A stretch of 64,000 nt of DNA from contig JAQGDQ010000135.1 of the NCBI GenBank assembly GCA_030141605.1, forward strand, positions 372,001 to 436,000, written 5' to 3'. The stretch's first letter is position 1, and every line of letters starts with the position of its first letter. Under the pieces are notes generated by a model. That model saw nothing but the letters and a program-made list of their open reading frames with translations, had not been told where the DNA came from and made no database searches. The DNA comes from Tubiluchus corallicola (taxonomy: Eukaryota; Animalia; Priapulida). The position numbers were made by a program, and so were the translations under genes. This document shows positions 1-24,600 of the stretch, one piece after another.

Positions 1-269
1 TAACGTAAACAGTACATATACTCTCATGCAATGGTTCGTTATGCTCCCTCATTCCATGCAAGCATTGCAAGTGATTGTATGTAATTTAAATAGGGGACAT
101 AGTCATAAAAACATGAAAAGGATTAAAAGAGATCCAGGCCTCGTCGCACAAACTCAGTAATAATTCTTTTTCTTTAACAAGCCCTCATGATTCCGTGCTC
201 CATCACTTATCAAATGTTTTACTTTCAGTAACATTTTTCTGATAATAGTTCCATGTTTTCCTTTTGCAG

Positions 270-12281
<12,012 letters not shown>

Positions 12282-12829
12282 TCTCCTTTTATTTCCTGTT
12301 GACTCCAAGGTCTTCAGACCTAACAGGCATCACTGCACATGTAAATAGTTACATAACGCGCTATTCCCACAGTTCGAACTGATTGCATGATATTGCCCAA
12401 AATCAAGAATGATATTTTTTGCGATAAATCTATAAAAACTACATAATATTTATGAAATCATTGTAATAACAACATACGTGCTTACTAAACACGTACAGTT
12501 TTGTTTATTATTGTATGTGGGTTGATTGTTAACTTAATGTGAAATCAAACCACTTAAGGAATTTGAATTTTATTCCGAAAATTCTGTGGAGCTCTCGGAT
12601 ACATTTCGGCTAGGTACATTATTAGTCCTTCGATTTTCACTAAGAATTTTTTGCATTGTAACCAGATAAATTCTGGGACAAAGCAGCAAAGTTGTTAAAT
12701 TTTCTGAAGCCGGCTTCTACACAAACAAGTAACATAAGCTCTGTAATATAATAACAAATCTAAATTTCACAACAGAAAATCTTATTAAGCCAAGCAAGCA
12801 ACAGTAGGCGATATCATTTGTAAATCTTT

Positions 12830-12910
12830 GGCATTACCGGGCCGCACTCTCGAACTCACGACCTGCCAGACGGAAAGCGGCAGGGTTACCACTAGATTGC
12901 ACAGTCTGAT
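12830..12910 (-). mobile_element. tRNA-derived SINE head
   Basis: Minus strand GTGCAATCTAGTGGTAACC...GGCAGGTCGTGAGTTCGAGAG: A-box- and B-box-like motifs at tRNA spacing, no full cloverleaf. Confidence 0.5.
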
Positions 12911-13326
12911 TGTATGCACAGTGCGAAATTTCGGTATCTGCGAGCATTTTAGGACTACAAATTCCTTTTCGTAACATTGGTTTAAAAAATTGTTTATTTT
13001 GGGTTTATTTGATCAAAGACAGACACATCAGTAGATTCATCAGTTATTAATGTCATCATCAAATGCCCATATATGTGTGTAAACACAGCAGTAATCCAGC
13101 AAAAAACTAGACACTGTTATGCCAGTGGCTTGTAAGTATGCCTTGCACAAGTTACAACAGTGGGAATCTTTTTGTATCTGCTACATCTTCCACGTATTAT
13201 CGCAAATTGACGGAAAAAATTGGCAGAGAAAAATGTTCTATACTAAAACTGTTTGAAGTTTAACAAACATGTCACACTTTTGCACGCTACCGTGATAATG
13301 ATGATGATGCTGATCATAATAATAAT

Positions 13327-13382
13327 AACACAACAACAACAACAACAACAACAACAGCAGCAACAGCAGCAGCAGCAGCAGC

Positions 13383-13439
<57 letters not shown>

Positions 13440-13458
13440 AACAACAACAACAACAACA
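13327..13458 (+). repeat. (CAA)n/(CAG)n microsatellite
   Basis: Direct reading. Confidence 0.97.
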
Positions 13459-13971
13459 TAAAAGGGTGCAACTAGTCCTTTTCAAAAGCAACTACAAGAA
13501 AAGTAACTTACGATTGTAAATGTATAAATACTTTTGAAGGTAGGGTCTTGCAGATTTTAACTCGTATAGACAAAGCGATTAGCCAAGTTTTTGTTTGTTT
13601 GCCTGTTAATATAAGATCAGTTGAAATGAATTGTTTACAGCGTTCATTGAAAGAATTTTTTGCCACCCTGTTGACTTGGAAGCACTTACTTACATTAGTC
13701 TCGTCTCGAGGTACGTTGTATGAAATTCGAGTACGATAGTGCTGATGCCACGTTGTGTAAACTTAGAGTATTCTTATTATCGACATACTTTTTATGCTTC
13801 TCCGACATATAATTTGTTGTAATAAAATTTCCATCTTATTTCTGGTTTTCTGGTGTGTCAATCACAGATTGAGTCAATCTTCTGTTTAGTTGTGCTCTCA
13901 GCCAGCATCATTTTCAGCTTACTGTCAACCAACCGTTGATATTTTCTCTGCCTCTGAAGTAGAGTAAACTC

Positions 13972-14247
13972 TAAACGTTAAACAATGCACATCTTCTAAA
14001 CTTTAAAAAATTCACATCTTGCAGACTTTAAGCAATCCACATCTTATAAATTTTAAACAATGCACATCTTCCTAAACTTTAAACAATGCACATCTTGTAA
14101 ACTTTAAGCAATTAACATATTCTAAACTTTAAACAATGCACATCTTGTAATCTTTAAACAATGCACATCTTCTAAACTTTAAACAATTCACGTCTTCTAA
14201 GCTTTAAACATTGTACATCTTATAAACTTTAAGTAATGCACATCTTC
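13972..14247 (+). repeat. 25-bp minisatellite, about 11 copies (TAAACTTTAAACAATGCACATCTTC)
   Basis: Head-to-tail degenerate copies with no spacers. Confidence 0.92.
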
Positions 14248-14351
14248 ATTAGCTGTTCATTTATTAATGCCAATTATTTTATAATATTTTATTATTACTT
14301 CGTCTGTTGATGGTCTAGCTCTTACCACTACAGTTAATTACCTAATACGAA

Positions 14352-15178
14352 TGTACAGGTAAAAATGGTACAAATGGAAAAGTAGGTAAAATAGCACATA
14401 AAAGAATGGCACAGAAAAAGATGGCACAGTAAAATGGCACAGGAAAAAATGACACGGTAAAAATGGCACAAGAAAAATTGCATGGTAAAAATGTCACAGG
14501 AAAAATGGCACAGGAAAAAAATGGCACAGGTAAAAATGGCACGGTAAAATGGCACATGAAATAACACGTGTTTGTTCATTAAATAGATTTATAATCAATA
14601 ATGCACGAATGTTTCACATAGTGTTTATCTACCTTTTTAACTATTGATTTTGGAGATTATAATACACTGATAAATATATGCCTGCCAAGTCACCTTAGCA
14701 GGCTATACACATTGATTACAATCAAAAGTTAGGTGGAGATAACAAAAAAGAAGTACATAACACTTCCTGTGAGACCTTCATGAAGTACTTTACGAATGTT
14801 TTTGTACGTAGTTTTCGGTCAAGATTTGTGAAAAATGAACTGGCGAAAATATTCCCACTTTGGCACCCCTTAAGCCCGCCTTTCACAAAATTTCTTAGAA
14901 ATCTGTTGATAGTTTTTGCATAATAGACTTACTGCCATAACAGACAAAAAACAACCAAACAAACAAACGCCAAACTATGCTGAAGCACTTCCTTGGCAGA
15001 GGTAAAAATAGCTAAAATAATTATCCAGTCACAGTAACCCTAACACTAAACACACATATTACTAAGTGTACTATTTTTCTTGTGACATTTTTACCCGTGC
15101 TATTTTGCCTACTTTTTCATTTATGCCATTTTTCTGTGCCATTTTTCCTGTACCATTTAACACTGTGCCATTTTTAGG
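14352..15178. mobile_element. Fold-back element with inverted arrays of AAAATGGCACAG subterminal repeats
   Basis: AAAATGGCAC array at 14352-14556 and inverted GTGCCATTTT array at 15075-15178. Confidence 0.7.
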
Positions 15179-15519
15179 TTTATTCTACTTACATAAATTC
15201 CAATGTGCCAGAAGAGCGGGATGACAAAGGACCAGATGGTCACCAAGTCAACACCTAGTTACACGTACTACCAGACGTTGCATGCAGATGGCAGGTCGGC
15301 AGTTGGCATTCTTTGATATACACAATGTGCTCAAATGTTTTGGTCTTATATTAGCCATGCACGTGTTTTTTGTTATAGTAAAAATTAACAAGAACCGATG
15401 TTTACACGTGTGCAAGAAGATAAACCACCTGTTACTTTCTATTTTTTAACTGTAGTGAGTATATCGTTTACCATTAACTATATACTATATATGTATATAG
15501 TACTCAATTGTTAGAATGC

Positions 15520-15900
15520 ACTTATAGATCTAAGTTTTAACGATTTTTTTACCTACGCACCTAATCTCGGATTAAGGGGCCATAGTTACAAGTTGTACAA
15601 AAATTATTGTCTTATTGATATTTTGAAGTACTCTTTTGCAAATACGGTGATCGATATGTGGAACAGTTTACCGTCGGAGATTGTTAATGCTAACAACTTA
15701 TGTTCTTTTTCATTTAAACTGCTTATGTTTGATTTTAATCCTTTTTGTAAATTTAATAGAAATAACTAATTAATGTGGGCCACCGTAAGTGCATTCGTGG
15801 CTTTCTCCCATCCTAAAACATTAGCTTATCTAAAAGTTGTAAGATTTTATTGTATATGTACAATTGTATATTTGGATTGAATAAATCTAATATAATCTAC
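15520..15900 (+). mobile_element. CR1-type LINE 3' fragment
   Basis: Translates LRGHSYKLYKNYCLIDILKYSFANTVIDMWNSLPSEIV (CR1 ORF2 C-terminal RGH..KL...F...V...WN.LP motif), followed by AATAAA. Confidence 0.8.

Positions 15901-15904
<4 letters not shown>

Positions 15905-15943
<39 letters not shown>
15905..15943 (+). repeat. (GT)n microsatellite
   Basis: Direct reading. Confidence 0.97.
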
Positions 15944-15946
<3 letters not shown>

Positions 15947-16184
15947 TATATACTTAATGATTGCTAAACAGTTGTTTTGCTACCAAAATAACAATTCTTA
16001 ACAATTTAAAATATTGGTGCCATCTGCAAAACAGCACTGCATCGCTGGTGTTCCAGTGTTCAACAAAAAAACGCATTTTTAATCCTTTTGACAATGTAAA
16101 GTAATTAAACTTTTGCTTAGTTAGTGAAGTGTGCGCTACGAATGCTCTGATTATTTTTTCAAACCTTACGCATTGTTGTATCAG

Positions 16185-16624
16185 CCGGGCCGGATTAACG
16201 CTTAAGCACACTAAGCACGTACTTACAACACCAACGTTCAGGAAACACCAAGCTGGCGAAAAATAATAAATTGAAAACAGATAAAATTTAACTAAAGCAT
16301 GTTAAAGATCACGAAAGTCTTACACAGTTCAAAATGTGATGTAGGGGCTACAGGAGAATGACAGTTTTTTGCTGTTAACAGGAATTATGTTTGTTTATAG
16401 CTGATTCATTTAATTAAAATTTCATGTTGAAGTCAATAATAAATTTAAGTGGCATAAATCTTATATAAAGCGATAGATTTTATTTTATATGTAATGTCAC
16501 ATAATTTTTATAACATAACTTATATGCTTTGAAACGTGCACGCGGTCAGGCAGAGCAAAGGAGAGAGCTGGGGCACTAGGTGCTAATCGCGCTTAGGGCA
16601 TCAACACACCTTAATCTTGTCCTA
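16185..16624. mobile_element. Degenerate hAT-type MITE
   Basis: Starts CCGGGCCGGATTAA, ends TTAATCTTGTCCTA; TSD not clearly preserved. Confidence 0.55.
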
Positions 16625-18526
16625 TATGTAAGCTTGTGGCAAATTACAGTTGTTACATGGCTGCTGCTAAAATGGCTGCGCCAGAAGGTCATCGCGGAGT
16701 TTAAATTTACAAGTTTTATACAGCGTGACTGCTAAAGTAAGCACTGTATGACGCAAGCAGCCAAAACGACAGCAACTAAGTGATATAAAATTTCAAGACG
16801 ATATTTTAAGCTTTATTTGTGAAGGGTATTTTCATGTGCTTTAACATAACTACTTAGAGATACTATCATTTTGCCTCCATACTTATAACGGAAAATAAAC
16901 TAACAGTCTAACACACTACATTAAGTTTACTGAACTGAAAAAATAAACACCTCGAAATAAGTTCTACATTATGTCGCACTTGCTACGTTACAAGGGATTC
17001 TACAATAGTATGCCCGTTGATTGGAATGTTAATTATTCAGCTAAGCTTATAAGTAAACCTGTAGTTTTAGCAGCTCTTTTACATTTCACACAAAAAGCAA
17101 ACGCACGATAATGTTCATCATTATCAAAAGATGATAGCAAGCCACGAGTTTAGCTAAGACTGAGAAAAATTAAGACAGCAAATCAAATAACAATTTTCTG
17201 TTCAAGAAAAGTTTTATTGTTTAAATTGTTTAGTTCAAGAAAACTTCTATTATTTTAGTTGCGTAATAAAATTGGACATGAGATTAGCTGTAAAATTTTG
17301 AGACAGGTGGAGTAACAATAAACACAGTTGATGACTGCTTATAGGCAAAGGTATTTCTAGTATTTTTAAAATAGTAAAATCAAAAAAGTAAAAAGACAAT
17401 AGTATTAAAAATAAATTTCATCAGATATATAAAGCTACAAAAAAATTTTCAACCGAAAATTTTTTACTCCCTTTTATATTTTAATAAATGAACTGCATTA
17501 AAATTCTACTCACAAATATTTGTAGCAATTGGAACACTAGGTAAAATCTACATGAAAAGAATAATTAAGTTACTGTTACTGTTTTTGCAATTGTTATTAT
17601 TATTACTATTACCCTACATCCTTATCATAATACATTGCAAACGAATAAGGATTTTAATACAAAAATAAATGCAAATTTCACACAAAATGTAGCAGCTTTT
17701 ACTGCATAGATAGTGCTTAATTCATACTATAATACTTATAATATTGCAATAATGTTTTGAGCATTTATTTACTACCTGAAAATCATTAAAATAAAATTTA
17801 AAAAACGTCCCAAGGACACAAATGCATATAAAATTATTCGAAATTTTCTACAGTTAAGAGTTTATATATACATCGTTAGTTTTTTATGTGCGTTAGTTAG
17901 TAAAATTATAAAATTTATAAAAAAGTATTATGCAACTAAAAATAAATAATGTTGGAAAATTATAAGTTTACATTTATACATTTAGTTGATTAAATAAAAA
18001 AACTTTGGTTACTTCTTAGTTTGGTTGTATTTGAACAAAGATGAGAAGCACTGAAAAGATACCAAGTAGATGATTAAGAACTATGATAAAAGAAGTTACT
18101 TAATAAAAAACTCTGATATCCATGAAAATGTGAAAATAATTACTGTTACATTAATAAATTATACCAACGAAATTATACACTGTTATACAAAAAACAAAGT
18201 GACATACACAAGTCACAATAATTTATAAATCATGCTTTACTCAGTTTGCACGCTTTGCATGTTTTACTCAAGATAGGATTGTTGAATTTAATCAAAGACG
18301 ATCGAATTTAGTTCGAAAAAGGTATATGCTTATTATAATTTATTTCAACAGAATAAGTTTCATCAGCAATGGGGTTTAATTTAAAATAACAGAGATTTGT
18401 ACGAAATCAAACACTATAGCAAGATTTAATTCAATTACAGTCATTTCGCATTTTTTAATTTTGGACATGTTTAATCAGTGCCAGCTTTTAAATAACTTGA
18501 CACGTTCAACTGACCAAGCCGCCGAA

Positions 18527-18601
18527 TTACAAATTTGTCATTTCCGTTGGCTCATTTGTTATGCTGTCTTTTGGCCAGGTTTCTGTTGGAGCAATGACAT
18601 T
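18527..18601 (-). CDS. SLC6-like terminal coding exon
   Basis: ttcag|NVIAPTETWPKDSITNEPTEMTNL*; matches the SLC6 C-terminal P...W(G)P motif. Confidence 0.75.
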   Translation of the reverse strand, partial: NVIAPTETWPKDSITNEPTEMTNL

Positions 18602-21600
18602 CTGAAAAAATGTCAAAATACAATAAATATTGTGAGATTATATGTTTTAAAAATAAAAATTACATGCAATATACAAGTATTTAAAACAAAAATCTCAAAA
18701 CATCATGGTATTATTAGTATTTCATTCTATTTTTTGCAGTAACAATAATAATTATAATGGTGTGTCAGATTTCTTGTGATTATCACTATTGCTGCTGGTA
18801 TTGTTTTTTTGTTGTCACTGACATTGTTGTCATTGCTGTCATCATTATATCATCATGATCATATCAACACTATCAACACAATTATCATCCTCATCATCAC
18901 AATTGTTGTCATCAATGTCTTCATCATCACCATCATCGTCGTCATCATTGTCGTTGTCATCATCATCATCATCATAATCATCTATCATCATCGCCATAAA
19001 CTTTATCATTATAATGGTGTAATACAGAGTCATATAGATCTACTCACTTTCTTCCTTACAGCAGCAAGAACAATCCACACAATGGTCCATATGGCAACAG
19101 CCAGCACAACCGAACCTCGAATTATTATCACACCAACTATTCTAACAGGAAAATAACGTAAACTCTGATCAGCTGGAAATCTGCGTATCCAAAATACTAT
19201 TTGCATTGCCTGTAAAATAATCATTTATTTAGGAAACAAAGGTGGAGCAAATCTTTTGACAAAATGCCACACGAAGTAGTCTGTAAGCACAAATTGCTAT
19301 GAAAAGCAGTGGCCACATCAAAAAAGATATTGAGATTTAGGTGGTGAATCATAAAGATTGTGAAGATATTATGACTGCGAATCCTTTACAAACGATGTTA
19401 CTTTCTCGCTTGTTTTTGAGGTAGCCCATAACAAATAGATGGCACTTCAACACAAATACTGGTTACGTTAAAATGTTCCATAAAGTGGTGTTTATGTAGC
19501 ATCCAGAATGCGTTATGTGGATGCGGAATAGATAAAATTGGTTTATATTGTTTTTAATGTAACTGTTTATCAGACCTGCTTTATGCATTATTTTTTTCTG
19601 CAGCTATTGCCTACTGATTTTTATAATGCATATGCATTTCAGATGCTAGGTATATGTCACTTAAGAGTATAGAAATTGTTTTACAGTATTTAGTACAATT
19701 ACACATCATGATCTACAAGCATATTAGCGTATATTAAATGTCAATTATTGTGGATAGAAAATAAGGCTAATAATTATATTAAACTCATGTTTTATAACTT
19801 ATTCTGATAAAAGAGGTCAAAAGACATTTTTCCACATGATGAAACATGGTGCTGATGATGATATGGAAATGACAATGATGATGATGATGATGGTGGTGAT
19901 GATGACGATGATGATGATGATGACAGTGATGATGATGATAATGATAATGACAACGACGATGATGATGATGATGATGATTATGATGATGAATGATGATTAT
20001 GACTGGATTCTATATTTATGTCTTTGACATCAAACTGCCAATAGCCAAGAGGAATGGCAATGAAAGGGTTAAGTGTTAATTTGATTAGCTTTTAAATGGA
20101 CCTCAAGATACCTGCTTCATGACATTTTATCTATCAGAATGCCCTGGGTTTTCTCTCTCTGCAGGAGGAGGACATCTTGGTTCAGTGTCTTACCTATATA
20201 CTATCGCCTCACACCCAACAACCATTTCCATTAAGCAAGCCCTCTATAGAAAGCTAAATCTTAGTTTGCAAAGTGGCAAAAAAACATGGAAACCCAGATA
20301 ATTGATCTGCAGTAATTACCAGCTTCTAATTTTCTATACTTTCAATTAAAATACATTAGAGAAATTTCCCTTGTCTTACCGAAAATTAAAATATATTAGA
20401 GAAATTTCCCTTGTCTTACCGAAAATTAAAATACATTAGAGAAATTTCCCTTGTCTTACCGAAACTTGATGCCACTTTGAGGCTATGGCCAGTGGCCCAG
20501 GGTACCATGTCAGTTTCATGGAGAGAATAAATCTAACACCACAGAACTCACCACTAACAAAACTGGAATTACTAAACCTAGTAGTAAGTCCAGAACTAAT
20601 GCACGATCAAGTATTCTTCCAAACATACTGGATAAGTTGCGGTGGATTTTTCGCCGCGGTGCAGTAGCATAGTCTGCAAAAAATGAAACTTTTTAGTCAC
20701 ATAATTACTTACTACTTTCACAGTATGCTGGAAAGAAGCAAAAGATAGGAGATTCCACTCCCACTTAAGATACACTTTTAATACAGTAGTACACTTACTA
20801 TAAACAAGTGCAAATGCCACACATTCAAGTGCCAGTAACAGTGGATAGAAGAATATGGAATCCCAGAGACGGTTAAAAAATCTTGATGACAACTGTAAAA
20901 AAGGGTTAATATACTGTATGAAAGTTGAGTAACAATTTCAACTGGAAATAATATAAACATCAACTACAACGTATAGACAACTCCTAATGCAGGTACACCA
21001 ACAGTTAACAATTATTAACAATTAACTAAAATTAACAGTATCGAATCTTAGTGCGATAAAGATCCAGCTATGCAATGTATTTATAATTAGTAATGGTAAT
21101 ACAGTCAGTAACACAAAATCCCATGAGCAGTCGTCAAGACAAATTTGATTAAATATTATAGCATTCACATATTCAATAAGTGGCCTGTGTCTAGATAAGG
21201 CTGCATGAAAAGGTTGCACAATGTTGCTGCATGACATATCTGCATGTGTCTTGTATTCAACTACTATAACTAAAATGAACACTCACAATAAGCTAAATAC
21301 AGGCACAAGGTGACTTTTGGCATCATTGTTTTAGTAGTAATAATTTGAGGTTAGATGACAGACTTAGAGCCTTCCCATTATGGAATTAGGCATTACAGGA
21401 CAATAAGCTTGGTAATTATAGATCTGGAAATAGATGCAAAAGTACTATGATGGGGAATAGGTTCTGGAACATAAATATCTGGGAATAATATAATACGTTC
21501 AGGAATAGCAACTTGAACAATAATAGAAAAGGATGAAGTTTAGAAATAATACATTTTGGAACAACTAATCTGGAAGCAAGAGATTGTAGAATAATATATT

Positions 21601-24600
21601 CGTGGGCTCAGAGAAGCAACAGATTTTGGGAACATAAAGAACGATATGATGTGTAAAGACTCTCCACTACAATATGAAAGAAGCAACCCTGACATATGGG
21701 AGCAGTGACCACTACATTGTCTATCATATAAGGACCGATAGTTGCTCCCAACTAGTGCTCCCAAAAGCAGAAGTGCTCCTAAAAGTACAGAGTTCCTAGA
21801 ATTGCAGTTTCACCATTAGTGCACACAAGTTGAACACTTGACTTGACTGAAACTAGAAACGGTCTTCTTTGAATGATTATCGATCTCAAAAGAGGCAAAA
21901 TAATTTGTGTCTCTAAAACTACATTAACTACTTGACAAAAAATAATCAAAATAAAATCATCCTATTCTTATCATTAATTTTCATCTGAATTTGCACAATA
22001 TTCTGAAAATTGCCCATAGTTCCATGGAATTCCACAGCCCAGTTCCATCATTTCAAAACTTAAATGTGAATTGAGTCTCAAATTCTCACTAAAAATCTAC
22101 AGGAAAATTGCAAAAATTTCTTTATCTGTATTTTATATATTGTAGTTTTTAATCTTATATGTTTTCTGATCTTCTGTATTATGTGTTTCGAGGTGTTTTG
22201 TATTGTGCATAGGAAGCGTTTAAAGAAAAAGAAGCGAATATTATGAACTCTTGTTATCAATAATATATAATTACGCTAAAATAAATCGTATATGTCTAAG
22301 TGTAGCTAATTGATAAATGCTGACATTGCTGATTTGTCACATTTCCATATGTGTTAAAATCAGAGATTTTTAAAAACAAATTATTAGCTTGCTGAAACAC
22401 TTTAATTTTACTGCCTTTTAATGTCTAGCTACTAAATATCCCAACTTTTAATGTGTGAAGAAGCTTTCATTTATAAGAATAACAAATTAAGTACATATAA
22501 ACCACTTTTCTATTTTGTACTTAAATAATTTTATTTTTAAAATTAAGATACTTACAGGGGATGCATAGATGAGACCAATAACCCAAAATATTGCTATCAT
22601 TGGCAGAACTAACAATGAGCCAATAATGGGTCGTCTGAATGCCTAAAATAATACATTTACTTAGTTTAACTTTTTTGTTAACAAATAATATTAATATAAT
22701 TAAAATAATTAATATAGTGAAAAAAGCCAAAAGTTTGACATACTTACCCAGACAATTACAATTACTGTATTCATACAGAGTTTAGTCATATGAGCTTAAG
22801 ATTAATTTAAAAAATGTGAAAAAGTAAAGGAAAGACCAAAAGTTATGCAAATACAATATAGGCAAGCAACATATAACATAACACGTCACGTAATATAAAA
22901 CAGAAATTGTCAATATATCAAGCACATTTTCTTCAATAATATGGATCCTCACCTAGCAAAAGTTAGAGATCGTATCACCAAGAAGTGAGAAACGCTAAGT
23001 AGCAAAAGACAATGATATGAGCAAGACATTACATGAGTTAAATAAGAATGGAAACTCCTATTATATGTGACTATTATATGTACAAATCTTAGATGATACA
23101 TGTTTTTGAATTTTATGATAATTGACCCTTATTTTCTAATTTTATATTCAATTTGTGCTTCAAATAGGAAATCTTTACGTTGTGTCTACTAGCTACAAGC
23201 TATTGGCTACTGAAGTTGATTCACATTATTAGTAGCAAAAAATGTTATGAAGACTCCAATGATGACGGTTCTTTAGCAGCAACGATGATAGCAGCAAAGA
23301 CTTGACGTAATGTAATGGTGGCAGCTATAATTTTAAATGCATTGCATTGTAATCTGAAAGTGTCTTCCTAAAGAACTAAGAAAGCTTACCTGACAAGGCA
23401 AAATGTCAACTATGGCAGTCCGAAGAGCCTCTAGCTTCACTGAAATATACCCAACACACATGAAAATTTGAAGTCCATAGTAAAGAATTGCCCAAAGTTT
23501 TCTGATTGGAAGCATCGTCAAAATCTCTGACATGTACACCGAATTCCTCTTCATGGGATCTAACAAAGAATTTAGACTTAAATTGCAAAGAATGTTAATC
23601 CTGGATATTGATGCAACATAATACCAGGTGTCTTATGCTACATGTGTATTCTATGCTCTTTAGTTTTCAAAACGACAACATTTACCATAAAAGAACTCCA
23701 TGTATTTGTAGCTTGTGAGATGTGCATTATTGTAGTTTGTTCCATAGCCAGCAAAAGCAATCGTAGTAATTACACCAAGCATGCTAGTGATCATGATGTA
23801 TATGATGATGATAATGACATCACGAAATATATTGTAGTTTTTCCTGTTATAACTTGCCAATGATGAATAAACAGCCTGTCCAGGATAAGCAACAAAAATT
23901 CCCATCAGTGCTCCATTGACAACCTAGGAAATATAAACCCATGAAATGTATACATGGACGGTTCTTTCAAAAAACTGCAAATCGACTGCACACACTATAA
24001 ATTTAAAATGTTTTCACAGACAAAGCAGTAATTATATATATTACATAACCCTGACAGGCTATTAATAAATAAAAAAAGAAATAAACAAGTAATAACTAAT
24101 TGACTGATTGATTGGTTACTATATATTTCAGCAAAACAGCCATAAAAACATACAATTAAAATTTACAATGACTAAAACTAGAAATACTAAAAATTACTAT
24201 ATACAAAATGTGAGTAACAAATAAATAAATAAATATACGTATTCCAATCAATTACAGAACGACTTCACAAATATTTAGTCATTGTCTAGGAGCTGCCACA
24301 ATGCATAATTTTTCAAATCTAGAGCTGTATTTGCTAAATCTTTTTGCAGTATATCTGTATACATCAGTAGGTGACCCTCTCGGCTTTTTTGTCATTTCAA
24401 GAGTTTTACGTCATGCTATAGGAAGAGGAGACTCTTGAGGTAATCCTAGTGCATGCCCAATCCAATATCTTCTTACTTGTATTTCTTTACTCCGAGGATT
24501 CTTCTTGACCACATCATACGGATCATAATTGGATATTGTCAGGCCATTTAATACCTAACAAATATCTAACTAACATTTAGAGTGAGTTTATGGCAAATGG

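Noticed and set aside
12830-12910. Functional tRNA gene
   Set aside because: A/B-box-like motifs are present but I could not build an acceptor stem or cloverleaf.
13238-13491. PolyQ/polyL/polyC ORFs
   Set aside because: (CAA)n microsatellite in intergenic DNA with no splice or homology support.
13972-14247. CRISPR-like array of 25-bp repeats
   Set aside because: Units are contiguous with no unique spacers, the context is eukaryotic and there are no cas genes; it is a minisatellite.
20344-20463. 40-bp repeats as CRISPR or regulatory array
   Set aside because: Three contiguous near-identical units; a simple intronic tandem duplication.
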